Source: Thecamonas trahens ATCC 50062
Taxonomy: Eukaryota; Protista; Apusomonadida
NCBI RefSeq assembly: GCF_000142905.1
Contig: NW_013657657.1
Coordinates: forward strand, 124,001-188,000
Length of the DNA: 64,000 nucleotides
Reading direction: 5' to 3'
Positions 30,473-42,774 of this stretch are shown in pieces. A program made the position numbers and the translations under genes. The first letter of the stretch is position 1. Each line of letters begins with the position of its first letter. A model generated the notes under the pieces. The model searched no databases and was not told where the DNA came from. It worked only from the letters and a program-made list of their open reading frames with translations.

Positions 30473-33400
30473 ATGACCCGCCTTCGACTTCCCTCGGCGA
30501 CGACGACCAAGGCCAAGGCTAAGACGGCGGAGACTGCTGGGAACGCCGTGCTGAACGACTCGACGACGTCAACGGCGTCGGCGGCGTCGGTGCGGTCGAC
30601 GACGTCATCGTCGGCGGCGCCCCGGCGGCGTCGGCCCAAGACGTCGTCAGGCCGCCCGCGGACGGCGCCGGCGCGCGACAGCGGCGCGAGCAGCAACGCG
30701 GCGCGGGCCAACATCCAGGTCGCCGTCCGTTGCCGGCCGTTCTCGCAGGACGAGCTGACCAAGTCGGACACACCGATCCTCAAGTTTACCTCGCCCAACT
30801 CGCTCCTCCTCCGTCAGTCCAAGACCAAGGGCTCGAAGCAGTACACCTTTGACCACGTGTTCGATCCGGAGACCGACCAGGCCGCCGTCTACGAGGCCGT
30901 TGTTGCCCCGTCGGTTGAGCAGGCGCTCTGCGGCTACAACTGCACCATCTTTGCCTACGGCCAGACCGGAACCGGCAAGACGTTCACCATGGAGGGCCGC
31001 CGCGACCCCGAGTCTGGCTCGTTCGAGGGCTGCGCCCAGGCCGGCATCATCCCGCGGACCATCTCGTCCATCTTTGACGTCCTTGAGTCGTCCAACACCG
31101 AGTACTCGGTCCGTGTCTCATACCTCGAGATCTACAATGAGGAGCTCCACGACCTGCTCGGCATGACCGTCCCGCCGCCGCCTCTGCGCATCTTCGAGGA
31201 CCCCAAGGCATCGACGCCCGGCTCGATGACCGTCCATAATCTGGAGGAGGTGCCTGTCACTTCGGCCGCCGACATCTATCCTATCCTCGCCCGCGGCCAG
31301 GCCAAGCGCCAGGTCGCCGCCACCAAGATGAACGCCTCATCGTCACGCTCGCACGCTATCTTCTCCATCACCCTCCACATCAAGGAGTCCAACGCAGAGG
31401 GCGAGGACCTGCTCAAGGTCGGCAAGCTCAACCTCGTCGATCTCGCCGGTTCCGAGAACATTGCCCGCTCCGGCGCCCAGTCCAAGCGCGCTCGCGAGGC
31501 TGGTCTCATCAACCAGTCGCTCCTCACCCTCGGCCGCGTCATTAATGCCCTCATCGAGCGCCGCCCGCACATCCCCTATCGCGAGTCCAAGCTCACCCGC
31601 ATCCTGCAGGACTCACTCGGCGGAACGACCAAGACCTGCGTCATCGCCACCGTCTCGCCGTCCGAGCTCAACTTTGAAGAGACGCTCTCCACCCTCGACT
31701 ACGCTTCGCGCGCAAAGACCATCGTCAACACCCCCGTCGCCAACCAGCGCATGACCAAGCGCGTCGTCCTCACACAGTACATCAAGGAGATCGAGTCGCT
31801 TAAGAACCAGCTCCAGGCTGCTCGCGAGGCCTCAGGCGTCTACCTCCCGCTCGACCAGTACGAGGCCCTCAACTCGCGCATTGAGGAGCTCGAGGAGGAG
31901 CTTGCCACCGCCACCCAGGCCGTTGAGGATGGATCGGCCAAGATCACCGAGCTGGAGGGCTCGCTCGCTACCACCTCCGCCAAGGTTGCCTCGCTCGAGG
32001 CTTCGCTCGCCGCCACCCTCGCCGACCTAGCGTCGACGCAGTCCGAGCTTGCCGCCACCGCTGCCGACCTCTCCGCTACCACCGCCAAGCTCGACGATGA
32101 GACTCAGTGGTCGGCCACACTTGCCACCCACGGCAATCACCTCGTCTCGCGTGGCGAGGCGCTCCGCACCACTCTCACCGGCTCGCTCGGTGACCTCGCA
32201 GGCACCCACACCAAGATCGAAGCCTTTGCCGCCTCGGCCACCGCCAACGCTGCTGCTCTCGCCTCGTTTCAATCCTCCGCCGCAACGGCCTCCTCCGACT
32301 TTGCTGCCGTCCTCGCCTCGGTCAAGGCCGACTCGACCTCGCGCTTTGACGCTCTCGCCTCGTCTATCGCTGCCGTCCGCGACGCATCTACCGCCTCGCA
32401 CGCGACTGCCTCCTCCTCGCTCGCGGCCATCGCGTCTACTCTTGCCTCGTCGACCGCAGACTCGCTCGCCATTGTCGCCGCACAGCAGGCCTCCATCACT
32501 GCTGCTGTAGACTCGGCCTCCGGCTCGGCCACTGACGCACACACCGCCGCCACTGACGCCCTTGACACCGTCACCGCACGACTCGAGTCCAACCAGGAGA
32601 CGATGGCGGCGCTCCTCGCTGCACAGTCCGCCTCGCAGTCGGCCATGGCCTCGCTTCATGCCAACCTCATTGCCTCGGTCTCGTCAGCTCTTACTTCGTT
32701 CGAGTCCTCGCTCGAGTCCTCGCTCACCAGCCTCTCTGCATCCGTCACCTCGTCCATTGACTCCCTCACTGGCCGCGTCGCCTCGCAGGACGCCGCGCTC
32801 GACGATCTGCAGTCCCACCTCCAGAGCCAGATCGAGGCCCAGACCAAGGACGCGCTTGCCTCGTTCACTTCGGTCCTCAACGCTGCCGCTTCCTCGCTGG
32901 CTGCTGACCTTGCGTCCAAGACCACCGCGCTGCGTGCCACCCACGCCGACACCGCCTCGGCCATCGTCGAGACCCGCGAGACCCTGACTGCGGACATTGC
33001 TGTCGTCTCGGACCTTGCCGCAGACCTCTCGCACAACGTCACTGCCGGCATGGTTGGCGACGCTGCCACCGCCGCCTCGGATGCCGCTGCAGATGCTGCC
33101 GCAGACGCCGCCGCCGCTTCGACCGCAGGCCTCGAGACCGCCACCGCCGATATGGCCACCGACCTCGACAGGCTGCGCGCTTCGCTCGAAGCGGGCGCCT
33201 CCGATGTCGCCACCGCCATCACCGCCGCCACTCCGTGCCTTGACGACGTCGTGGCTGCGGTCGAGTCCACCGCGGCTACCGCAACCGACGCGCTGGCTGC
33301 GGCCCGCGCCGACCTCGACACCGCTGTCGACCACCAGGACAAGATGTGGAATGAGCTCTCGGTCGAGCCCGCCCAGGCTGCAGCCGAGGATGCCGTGGCC

Positions 33401-33874
33401 GCCACCGTGAGCCACGCCGATGACCTCGCCACCGCCATCGCCGACTTTGCCTACAACCCGCTCGCTCCCACCGGCGCGACTCCAGCCAAGGCTGACATGG
33501 CCAACTGGGCCATCGGCTCGCCGATGACTCCGATGCCGCGCCGTACCCCGGCTCACTCCGACCTCGCCGCGTCACCGTCCGCCCCGGTCCCGGCTCATAC
33601 CCCGGTCGCCTCGCTTGCGCCTGCGTCCGCTCCGGCCTCGCCCGCCACTGCCCAGGACCCCACCGTCGCTGACAAGGAGAACCCGCCCGCCACGCCCGCC
33701 GCCAAGCTCGCGACCGATGCCGATGTCGATGCCGATGCCGATGCTGATGCTGAGCTCTCTACCGACGCTAACGCCGAGTCGGACGCGGACGACGCTGTTG
33801 CTCGCAAGGCTCTCGCGCCTGCCGACACCAACTCACCGCGGCCGCGCCGCACCCGCCGCTCGGCGCGAACCTGA
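30473..33874 (+). CDS. KIF11: Kinesin-5 (BimC/Eg5)
   Basis: NIQVAVRCRP, GQTGTGKT, SSRSH, KVGKLNLVDLAGSE, RAREAGLINQSLLTLGRVI; BimC box PTGATP; KEN box. Confidence 0.93.
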   Translation: MTRLRLPSATTTKAKAKTAETAGNAVLNDSTTSTASAASVRSTTSSSAAPRRRRPKTSSGRPRTAPARDSGASSNAARANIQVAVRCRPFSQDELTKSDTPILKFTSPNSLLLRQSKTKGSKQYTFDHVFDPETDQAAVYEAVVAPSVEQALCGYNCTIFAYGQTGTGKTFTMEGRRDPESGSFEGCAQAGIIPRTISSIFDVLESSNTEYSVRVSYLEIYNEELHDLLGMTVPPPPLRIFEDPKASTPGSMTVHNLEEVPVTSAADIYPILARGQAKRQVAATKMNASSSRSHAIFSITLHIKESNAEGEDLLKVGKLNLVDLAGSENIARSGAQSKRAREAGLINQSLLTLGRVINALIERRPHIPYRESKLTRILQDSLGGTTKTCVIATVSPSELNFEETLSTLDYASRAKTIVNTPVANQRMTKRVVLTQYIKEIESLKNQLQAAREASGVYLPLDQYEALNSRIEELEEELATATQAVEDGSAKITELEGSLATTSAKVASLEASLAATLADLASTQSELAATAADLSATTAKLDDETQWSATLATHGNHLVSRGEALRTTLTGSLGDLAGTHTKIEAFAASATANAAALASFQSSAATASSDFAAVLASVKADSTSRFDALASSIAAVRDASTASHATASSSLAAIASTLASSTADSLAIVAAQQASITAAVDSASGSATDAHTAATDALDTVTARLESNQETMAALLAAQSASQSAMASLHANLIASVSSALTSFESSLESSLTSLSASVTSSIDSLTGRVASQDAALDDLQSHLQSQIEAQTKDALASFTSVLNAAASSLAADLASKTTALRATHADTASAIVETRETLTADIAVVSDLAADLSHNVTAGMVGDAATAASDAAADAAADAAAASTAGLETATADMATDLDRLRASLEAGASDVATAITAATPCLDDVVAAVESTAATATDALAAARADLDTAVDHQDKMWNELSVEPAQAAAEDAVAATVSHADDLATAIADFAYNPLAPTGATPAKADMANWAIGSPMTPMPRRTPAHSDLAASPSAPVPAHTPVASLAPASAPASPATAQDPTVADKENPPATPAAKLATDADVDADADADAELSTDANAESDADDAVARKALAPADTNSPRPRRTRRSART

Positions 33875-34116
33875 GCCTCACTCACCTCGCCTCGCCTCGC
33901 CTCACCCCCACCTCGTCACGTATCCAAATAATAATCTGTACCCTCGACTTGACCAAAGCCAACAACAACCGATCACAATCGATGTACCGATGCCGGAGAA
34001 CGGTGCGAGGATAAGGTGGTCTCGCCCAGCGGCATCCGGTTGTCACCGCTAGCTTACCTCTTTCCGAGCCCAAATCATTCGAGACTGACTCAATTGTCAC
34101 CACTTGACTGCACACA

Positions 34117-35585
34117 ATGGGTGACGAGTACGACATTCCGGACGAGGAGAAGCTCGAGATTGTTACGGGCTTTCTCCTGGACGCACCTCCTGGCGAGTTC
34201 AACGAGGTGGTCACTGACGTCCGCACCCTCCTGGGCAACGACGATCTTCTCAACCAGAAGTTCGCCGCTACCGCTCAGGCATACAACACCAGCCACATGG
34301 TTGCCGTCGACCTGCCTGACGCCGACCACAAGGTACGCATAATCATTGCCTCTCATTCGATTAATCATGTTCACCCCCTCCCCTGTTCACCATTGCCGTC
34401 TGCCATGTTCCTTCCACCGTCTGCCACACAGCAAGCCCTTCCCCTTCCCCCTTCCCTCTCCCTCCCTCCCCCCCCCCTCCCTCCCTCCCCCTTCTCCTCC
34501 CTCCCCCTTCCCTCTCCCTTGTCCTTCCACAGCCCCATCCCCTTGCCTGTCCCCGCCCCCTCTGGCCATGTCCACAGGTCGAATTTTTTTGGGCCGCCAC
34601 CGTTGCATCGGCCACCGCCACCTCGGTTCCTATGCCCGCGCCCCCCCCTCCCCCTCTGAAGGCAACCCCGCATGCTGTGAGCTAGTCTGCCTTCCACTCC
34701 CCCCCCCCCCCTCCCCATCCACCCGCCAGTATGTTTACACAGCAAGGTGTACATTCCCGCTTCACCGACTCCACGCGTGCTCCTCCCCTTCGCTAGCGCT
34801 AGGCTGTCCGTGGTGGGCGGGTGGTGGGTGGTGGGGGCAAATTCGGAAGAACAGCCAAAGGGCGGCAAAGACGCATGCGGTCGAGTAGGCGTGCGTGAGG
34901 GCGGATGAGAAGCCGGCAAGCAATGACTCACAAGGAGATGTCGTGGATGGCTGTGTAGGTGCTGCTGACCAAGTACGGTGAGATCAGCCCGTCCGAGTAT
35001 CTTGATCCGCGGTCGGCCCAGGTCGTGACGGTCGACCACGCTAAGCTCGAGGTGACCGGGACCGCGCCTGCGCCTGCGCCTGGCGCCAACGAGGACACCC
35101 GCGCCGCCGTCGACGCCGCCATGGTTGCCTACGTCGCCGAGTTCTACCCCAACGGACAGGTCGCCACCTACGCCACCGAGACCGGCCTCGTCATCTGCAT
35201 CTCGGCCGCCAAGTTCTCGCCCGGCAACTTCTGGAACGGCCGCTGGCGCTCGGTCTGGACCGTCACCATCAACGGCGAGGACGTGACCTTTGAGGGTAAG
35301 TTCAACCTGCTTGTCCACTACTACGAGGACGGCAACGTTCAGCTCAACTCGGAGTTCACCACCTCGACCGAGGTCACCGCCGCCACTCCGGAGGAGATTG
35401 CCGAGGCCGCTGCCGCCGAGATCGCCCGTGAGGAGTCGTCCTACCAGAGCGCCGTCGGCGAGTCCTACGCTGTCATGTCGGAGCGCACCTTCAAGGGCCT
35501 CCGCCGCAAGCTCCCGGTCACCCGCCACCTCATGGACTGGGAGAAGACCGCTGGCTACAACCTGGCTCGCGAGATGGGCTCGTGA
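34117..35585 (+). CDS. CAPZA: F-actin capping protein alpha; exons 34117-34332 and 34959-35585
   Basis: APPGEFNEVVTDVRTLL; NFWNGRWRS; VHYYEDGNVQL; TFKGLRRKLPVTR; intron GTACGC...TAG in phase 0. Confidence 0.95.
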
Positions 35586-35834
35586 ATACATCCTTCCCTT
35601 CCCCTCTCTGCACACCACCCTGCACACCCCTTTCCCTGCCCTTCCCAGCTTCTTGTATTTGGGTCGACCCCCGACCCGTTGTCGTGCCCCCTCCCCCCCC
35701 CACCCCCTCCCTCCGCTGCTGACCTAATGCCCCTGCCGAGTCGCACAGCACGCGCACCCCACTCCCCCCCCCCCACTCCCCCCCACTTCCCCCCCCTCCA
35801 CCCACCCTCCACCCACCCTCCACACGCCGCGACC

Positions 35835-38800
35835 ATGGCAGGCTTCTACTCGCCATTGGACCAGGCGTCGATGACGGTGCTCAGCTTTGACGAGCTCGGT
35901 GCCACGTTCTGGACCACGTACTTCCCCGGGGTGAAGACGCACGCGAGTGTCGAGCTCGGTGGCCTCTTTGCCGCCCTCGCCGTCTCGCTCGAGACCGAGA
36001 TGACGAGCGGGGACAAGCGGGCGCTGGGTCTCATTCTTGACCCGCATGGCTCGGGCTCGACTTCGATTAACGACTTTGCCTGTCTCCTCCGTTGGTTCGG
36101 TCCCTTTCCCAAGCTCATCGCCTCGCTCCGCGGCCTGCTCACCGATGACTACGGCGCCTCCTTCTTCTTTGGCCACCTGCCGGGGCCAGAAGCCCTTGGC
36201 CTCGTGGCTGCCAGCCAGCCTGGTACCTTTCTTGTTCGTTTCTCACAATCGGATGCCTACCATGGCGGCCTGGCGGTGACCGTCGTCGGCGCAGATCGCA
36301 ACGTCCGCCACTGGAAGGGCATCCGCGCCGTCCCCGGTGTCGGCATTGTCTCGGTCGACCCGGCCACAAACTCCCCGATTGTTTACGCCACCCTCATCGA
36401 GTTTGTCAGAAAGGGCCTTGCCGCCATGGCTGCCCCGCTGGAGCTCCACCCGGCTCCCGGCTCACCCTTTGTCGACATCTACCGCTCTCTGCCCGCTTCG
36501 CCACCGCCGCCCGTTCCTCCCAGCGTCGTTTACCACTCATCGCTCGACGAGGCCTTCAGCTCACTGCCGACACAAAGCTCGCCTGCATCGCGCTCTACTG
36601 TGGAGCCGGTCCGCAGTCCGAGCACCAGCTCGTGGGCGCCGCCAACACCACCCACTACCTCGCCATCGCCGCCGGCCCAACCCGTGCCCCCATCCACTAG
36701 CCCGACCGATGGATACACCGGGTGGGCACCGGGTAGCACAGCACCGGTCGCTTCCTCAGATCCGCCGCCGCGCCGGCGCTCTGTCTCACCGTTTGTTGCC
36801 CCGGCGAACAACTCCGAACCGTCACCGTTTGCCACCCCCCGGAGCCGCGGCGTACACCTAATGCCTCGCTCGCTCCGCCCCAGCCATCGCCGCTTGCAAC
36901 TGCTGCAGAAGCATCGGGCTATGCCAAGCTTCCGCCGCTCTCGCGCATCTCGCCGCCGCCCGAGTACGGCTCGTGGTCACCGCCGGGCGCATTCAGCTCG
37001 CCGCCGGTGGTGGCCGGCCAATCAGCCAGCGGCGACGGCTACGAGCATGACATTTCTGCCAGCTCTATGGTGCCTTTGCCTGCGCCCGGCGTCTCGGCAT
37101 ACGACGCGTACCAGCGATACACACCGTCGGCCGCGCCCGGCTCGATCCCGGTTGTCGGCGGCGTGCTCCACTTTCCAGGAGCAGGCGGGAGCCAGCCGCA
37201 GCCGATCCAGCGCCAGCCCAAGTCGCCGCACTACGACATACCACAGGACCTTGGTCCCGTCGCGCCGCCGGTCCTCTCGACCTCGCCGGTCAGACCAAGC
37301 TTTGCCGACATGCAGGCAAACCGCCAAGTCGAGCAAGCAGCGCTACCGCAGTCCAAGGAGACAACGCTCACCTCACGGCGCAAGGCTCGCAAGGACCGCT
37401 TCGCCGTCCTCCCCACCCTTGCGCTCGAGCCTGCAGGTAGCGCAGATGCATCATCGAGCTCAGCCGCACACACCGCGGTCGATGTGTACAGCTGGCGGCT
37501 GGGCGGTCACAGCAGCGGTAACTCGCCCAAGCCGAGCCGCATCCATCTGCCGGGCGCCGCCGCCCAGCACCCGTCTTGGCTGGCTGCCGGCCAGGGTCAC
37601 ACTGTTGTGCTCACCGGGACCGAGACGGGCTGGGGCTGGGGCTCAAACAGCTACGGGCAGGCATGTATCGCTGGTCCGCGCACCGACTTTGCTGAAGCGC
37701 CGCTCCCGCTAGAGACTGCAGGCGCGCTGGATGATGGCGAAGTCATTGTTGCCGCCGATGCCGGTGACGCGCACACGATGCTTCTCACCTCGCGCGGCCG
37801 GGCGCTCGCTGTCGGCCACGGCGCTGATGGTCGTCTTGGCACCGGCTCCAACAAGCTGGCCCGCAAGCCAACGCCTGTCGCTGCGCCTACCGCTGACATT
37901 GCTGCTGTTGCCGCCGCCGGTGGGTGCTCGGGCGCGCTCACTAGCTCGGGCACTGCCCTGGTGTGGGGCGACAATCGCTACGGCCAGCTTGGGCTTGGCG
38001 CCGACGTGCCGACCGCCGTGGGCGCGCCGACGACGCCACCGGGTCTCGAGAGCGTCAAGGTTGTCAAGCTCTGCTTTGGGCGGACGCACGCAATGTTTCT
38101 CAGCAGTGACGGCTCACTCTGGGTGGCTGGCACCGGCTACTCGGGCCAGCTCGGTCTCGGCACCCATCGCCGCGCAGATGTGCCGATCCAGGTCCCGGCA
38201 ACCGCCTTTGCGTCCACCGCCGGCGATCGCACCGAGCTTGTCGACATTGCTGCCGGTGACGGCCACGCGCTCGCGCTCACGGTCGACGGACGCGTCTTTG
38301 TCTGGGGCACGGGCTCGGGCCTCGACGGCGTGGCCGCACCGACATCGCCAGCCTTGTATGCGCCGGCGGCGCTCGACGGCGTCCGGGTCCTGAGCATTGC
38401 TGCCAAGTTTGGCACCTCACTTTTGGTCACTGATGCTGGCGTTTGGAACGGGCGCCAGCTGCTGTTTGCGTCGCCGTCTACGGTGGTGCTGTCGGTGGCG
38501 GTGAGCGAGGAGGTTGCTGTCGCGCTTGTGACGCAGCTGCAGATTGCGGCGAGTGCAGGGGCTTCATCAACGAGCGCGGGCCTGCTCCCTGACGCCGAGT
38601 CGTACTGGGCGACCGGCGAGCTGCCTTGCAGTACTTGCTTGGCCGAGCTTGCGCGAGGCGGCGCGGTCTTTGCTGACGCAAACCCAGCAAGCGCCGAGTA
38701 CGCACTGGTGGTGGATCTTGCGAGCGACAAGGAGCTGCTGGCACTCGGGCGTGCCGCCAAGCGCGCGCACCATGCATCAGTCTCGGCGTCGTCGGCGGTC

Positions 38801-40039
38801 GCACTGCGCAAGGTTGCCCGCGAGACCGTGCGCCGGCTAGCGCTGATGGCGTCGGACGCACTCGGCGGAGCCGAGCTCTCCGGAGCCCAGACGCCTGGCG
38901 CTGGCCTCTGCGGCCAGGTCCTGCTTGGCTCACTGAAGACCGGCGGGATGCGTGCGCGGACTCTGCTGTTCAAGGTGCTGGCCGACTTTGCAGGCGTGCC
39001 GTGTGCCCTCCTCCGCGGTGTCGGCGAGCAATGTTGGAACGTGGCGTCGCTTCCAGGCGGCGACGTCGTTGTTGACGTCCTTGTCGACGTTGCCTCGATA
39101 TACCCGGTCGGCTCGAGCGAGGCGACAGCATACTGTGTGGGTGAGATGCGCGAGTTCCACGCGGCTTTGCGGGCGTCACGGACTGGGCCGGCGCCCGCGC
39201 ATCTCGGCTTTGACGTCAGCTCCGTGACGATGCGAGTCCCGGTGGGCCGCGGCGGGTTTGGTCTCGTCGAGCGCGGGGTGTGGCGTGGCATGGCAGTAGC
39301 CATCAAGACGCTCGACGCATCGCTGGCTTCGGATCCGCATGCTGCGGCCGAGTTTGAGGACGAAGTCTGGCTGCTCTCGCAGGCGCAGCACCCCAATGTG
39401 GTGCGGTTTGTGGGCGCGTGCGCCGAGCGGCTGGTTCTGGTCACCGAGTTTTGCGGCCGCGGCTCGCTCTGGGACGTGCTCCACGAGCAGCCGATATCGC
39501 TCTCGTGGGGCTACCGCCTGTTGTTTGCCGCTGGCGCCGCTGCCGGCATCCTCTACCTCCACGACCATGCCTCGCCGCGGATCATCCACCGCGACGTCAA
39601 GTCGCTCAACCTTCTCGTCACCGACAAGTGGTGCATCAAAGTCGCCGACTTTGGCCTGGCGCGAGTCAAGACCCGCCACGCCGTCCTCACAGGGCGGCGC
39701 ATCGGCTCGTTCCAGTGGATGGCGCCCGAGCTATTTGAGGCAGGCACGCCCTACACCGAGGCTGTCGACGTCTACGGCTTTGGTGTCGTGCTGTGGGAGC
39801 TCGCCACACGGCACATCCCGTTTGAGGGCCTCGCTCCCATCGACGCTATTGAGCTCATCGTCTCGGGCGCCCGTCCGCCCCTCGACCCGCAGGCCTCGGC
39901 CTACTGGCCGCCGGGCCTTGCTGACCTCATCGCCCTCTGCTGGCACCCGGATCCGGCGTCGCGTCCGCGCATGGCTGTCGTCTTTACCGAGCTCCAGCGA
40001 ATTCGCGAGGCCATCCAGTCGCGACCCGACACACTCTGA
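35835..40039 (+). CDS. EF-hand/SH2 - Pro/Tyr-rich linker - RCC1 repeats - EDR1/CTR1 domain - Raf-like TKL kinase; frameshift at the C6 run 36835-36840
   Basis: FFGHL...PGTFLVRFS (SH2); WGSNSYGQ, WGDNRYGQLGLG, IAAGDGHAL (RCC1); RTLLFKVLAD..GVPCALLRG (EDR1); GRGGFG, VAIK, HRDVKSLN, DFG, GSFQWMAPE. Confidence 0.85.
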
Positions 40040-40293
40040 CCATAGCTGCTGTCATAACACACGCCCTTCACCGACCGCAGTAGACCGCCAAAGAGCGCAG
40101 TGCTGTCCTTGGATTTTCGATCGCGCAAGGCCGACCCGATCTCGCGCGACTCGTAGTCGCGCCGTGCCGGCTCGGCTGCCCACTGAGCGACAGCGATTCG
40201 ACAATCGACTTGGCCGCCCACCCCACCCCACCCCACCCCGCCCCACCCGAACCCCACCCACCACCTCTGCACACCGTCCCTCACCTCTCCCTC

Positions 40294-42738
40294 ATGATTC
40301 GCAAGGGTGCCAACCTGGGCAGGCGGCCCAAGGCCCGCACCAAGATCACCATCAAGCCGTTCAAGGGTACGTAGCCATGCGGGAAGGGGAAGAGGGAAAA
40401 GGTCGTAGAATGCTTGCCGACTGCGGCGGCGGTGATCATGATCGCGGCCGCGGTGACGGTGTTTTTCGCGAGCTCGGCGGCGGCAGCGTGTGTGTGGCCT
40501 GCTGTGAGAGCGAGAGGGGAGGACTCATGGGAGAGGAGGACCTGTGGCGTGTTTGCCTGGGTGCGGGGCGTGTGGCACGGGCGGTGGGATAGTCAAGCCG
40601 ACGCTGCCGGCCAACTACTTTGACGAGTCGTGGAACAAGCTCCGGACGGCGGTAGCGTCTATCTACGGCAACTCGGGCGCTGGCGGGTCGTCGTTGGAGG
40701 AGCTGTACTCGCTTGTGGACAATCTGTGCTCGTACAAGCATGCCGCGGAGCTGCACACCAAGCTGATGGCGGAGCTGGAGTCAATCCACGTGCGGATGGG
40801 CGCCGAGCTTGCCGCGCGAGCGCGCGAGCTGGACGGCCCGCGGCTGCTGTCGGCCATGGACGGGGTGTATACACAGGCTGCGGAGCATCTGCTGCTTGTG
40901 CGGCAGGTCTTCCTGGTGCTGGACCGATCGTATGTCATTGCGACGCCGCGGCTGACGTCGCTGTGGGCATCAGGCCTGGCGCTCATCCGCAAGCACGTTC
41001 TTGCCGCCCACCCGGCGCTGCTGTCTGGGGTGGTCGGAGCCCTGGTCGACGGCATCACGGCGGAGCGGTCGGGGCATGCTGTCGACAGCGAGATTGTGGT
41101 GCGGCTGGTGCAGATGCTGGTGGCGCTGCAGCTGTACGAGGATCACGTTGAGGCCAAGTTTGTCGACGCGACGGCGGCGTTCTACGCGCAGGAGGGCGGG
41201 GTCAAGCTGGCGCAGCTTGGCCTGCCGAGCTATCTGGCGCATGTGCAGGCGCGTATTACTGAGGAGAGTGAGCGGCTGACGCGGTACGGGACGGTGGCGT
41301 TGTCTGGAGAGCGTGTGCTGGCGCTTGTGGACGAGCATCTGATCCGAGCCAACGTGGAGGTTGTGCTGGAGCAGGGTGGGCTGAGCGAGCTGCTCAACGC
41401 GAGCATGCATGAGCCACTGGCGACTCTGTACGGCCTGCTGGGGCGGGTGAGCGCACTGCCTGCGCTCTGCACCGCGATCCGCGGGTATGTCGAGAGTACC
41501 GGGACGGCGATTGTGTCGGATCCGGCCAAGGACAAGGGCATGGTCGATGCGCTCATCGAGCTGCACACGCGGGTGCTTGCGGTCGTCGAGGGGCCGTTTC
41601 AGAACAACCCCGACATCGGTTACGCGCTCAAGGATGCGTTTGAAAAGTTCATCAATGTGCGGCAGAACCGCCCGGCGGAGCTCATTGCAAAGTACATGGA
41701 CAAGCTGCTCAAGTCGTCGGCGGGCAAGGGCTCGGACGAAGACGTGTTGCTGGGCAAGCTCGATGCTGGCCTCGCGCTTTTCCGATTTGTCTCGGGCAAG
41801 GATGTGTTCGAGGCGTTTTACAAGAAGGACCTGGCCAAGCGCCTGCTGCTGGGCAAGTCTGCGTCGGCCGACGCCGAAAAGGCCATGGTGGCGCGGCTGC
41901 GCGACGAGTGCGGCTCGACCTTTGCCAACAAGCTCGAGGGCATGATGAAGGACATCGAGCTCTCGCGCGAGCTCAACGCGTCGTGGAGCGAGGGCGGGAG
42001 CGCGGCGTCGGTTGCTATGTTTGCGCACGTCCTCACCATGGGCTTCTGGCCGACGTACCCCGAGCACACGGTCCTTCTCCCGCCGGATATGGCTGGCCAC
42101 GTCGACGACTTTGAGGCCTTTTACAAGACCAAGCACTCGGGCCGCAAGCTCAAGTGGCAGCACTCGCTGGCGACGGTCTCGCTCGGCGCCGTCTTTCCGT
42201 CGGCCGGCAAAAGGTGCTGGCCGTCTCGCTCTTCCAGGCCCTTGTCCTGCTGCTGTTCAACGACAGCGACTCGCTGCCTTTTGCCGACATCAAGAAGGCG
42301 ACCCAACTGGACGACAAGGAACTGGTGCGAACGTTGCTCTCACTGTGTGCAGGCAAGCCCAAGACCCGCGTCCTGCTCAAGAGCCCCAAGGGCAAGTCTA
42401 TCGGCCGCGACGACGTCTTCTCCTTCAACGCCGCCTTTGCCAACCCGCTGTTCAAGATCAAGATCAACCAGATCCAGATCCGCGAGACCAAGGCCGAGGC
42501 CGCGTCGACCAAGGCCCGCGTCTTCCAGGACCGCCAGTACCTCATCGACGCAGCCATTGTCCGCGTCATGAAGTCGCGCAAACGCCTCACCCACCCGCTA
42601 CTCAACGTTGAGGTTCTCAAGCAGCTCCGCTTTGACGTCTCCTCGGGCGACTTTAAGAAGCGCGTCGAGTCGCTCATCGACCGCGCCTACCTTGCCCGCG
42701 ACGAAGCCGATCGCACCACCTACGTGTATCTCGCCTGA
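40294..42738 (+). CDS. CUL4: Cullin-4; exon 1 at 40294-40366, intron 40367-40592, frameshift at A4 42209-42212
   Basis: KITIKPFK/VKPTLPANY; RPAELIAKYMD; GKDVFEAFYKKDLAKRLL; DRQYLIDAAIVRVMKSRK neddylation motif. Confidence 0.93.
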
Positions 42739-42774
42739 GCGGACGCGAAATGAAAGCAGGCCAACCGGTTGTCC

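Noticed and set aside
42200-42220. Programmed -1 frameshift in cullin-4
   Set aside because: No canonical X XXY YYZ heptamer, and a conserved gene is unlikely to depend on it
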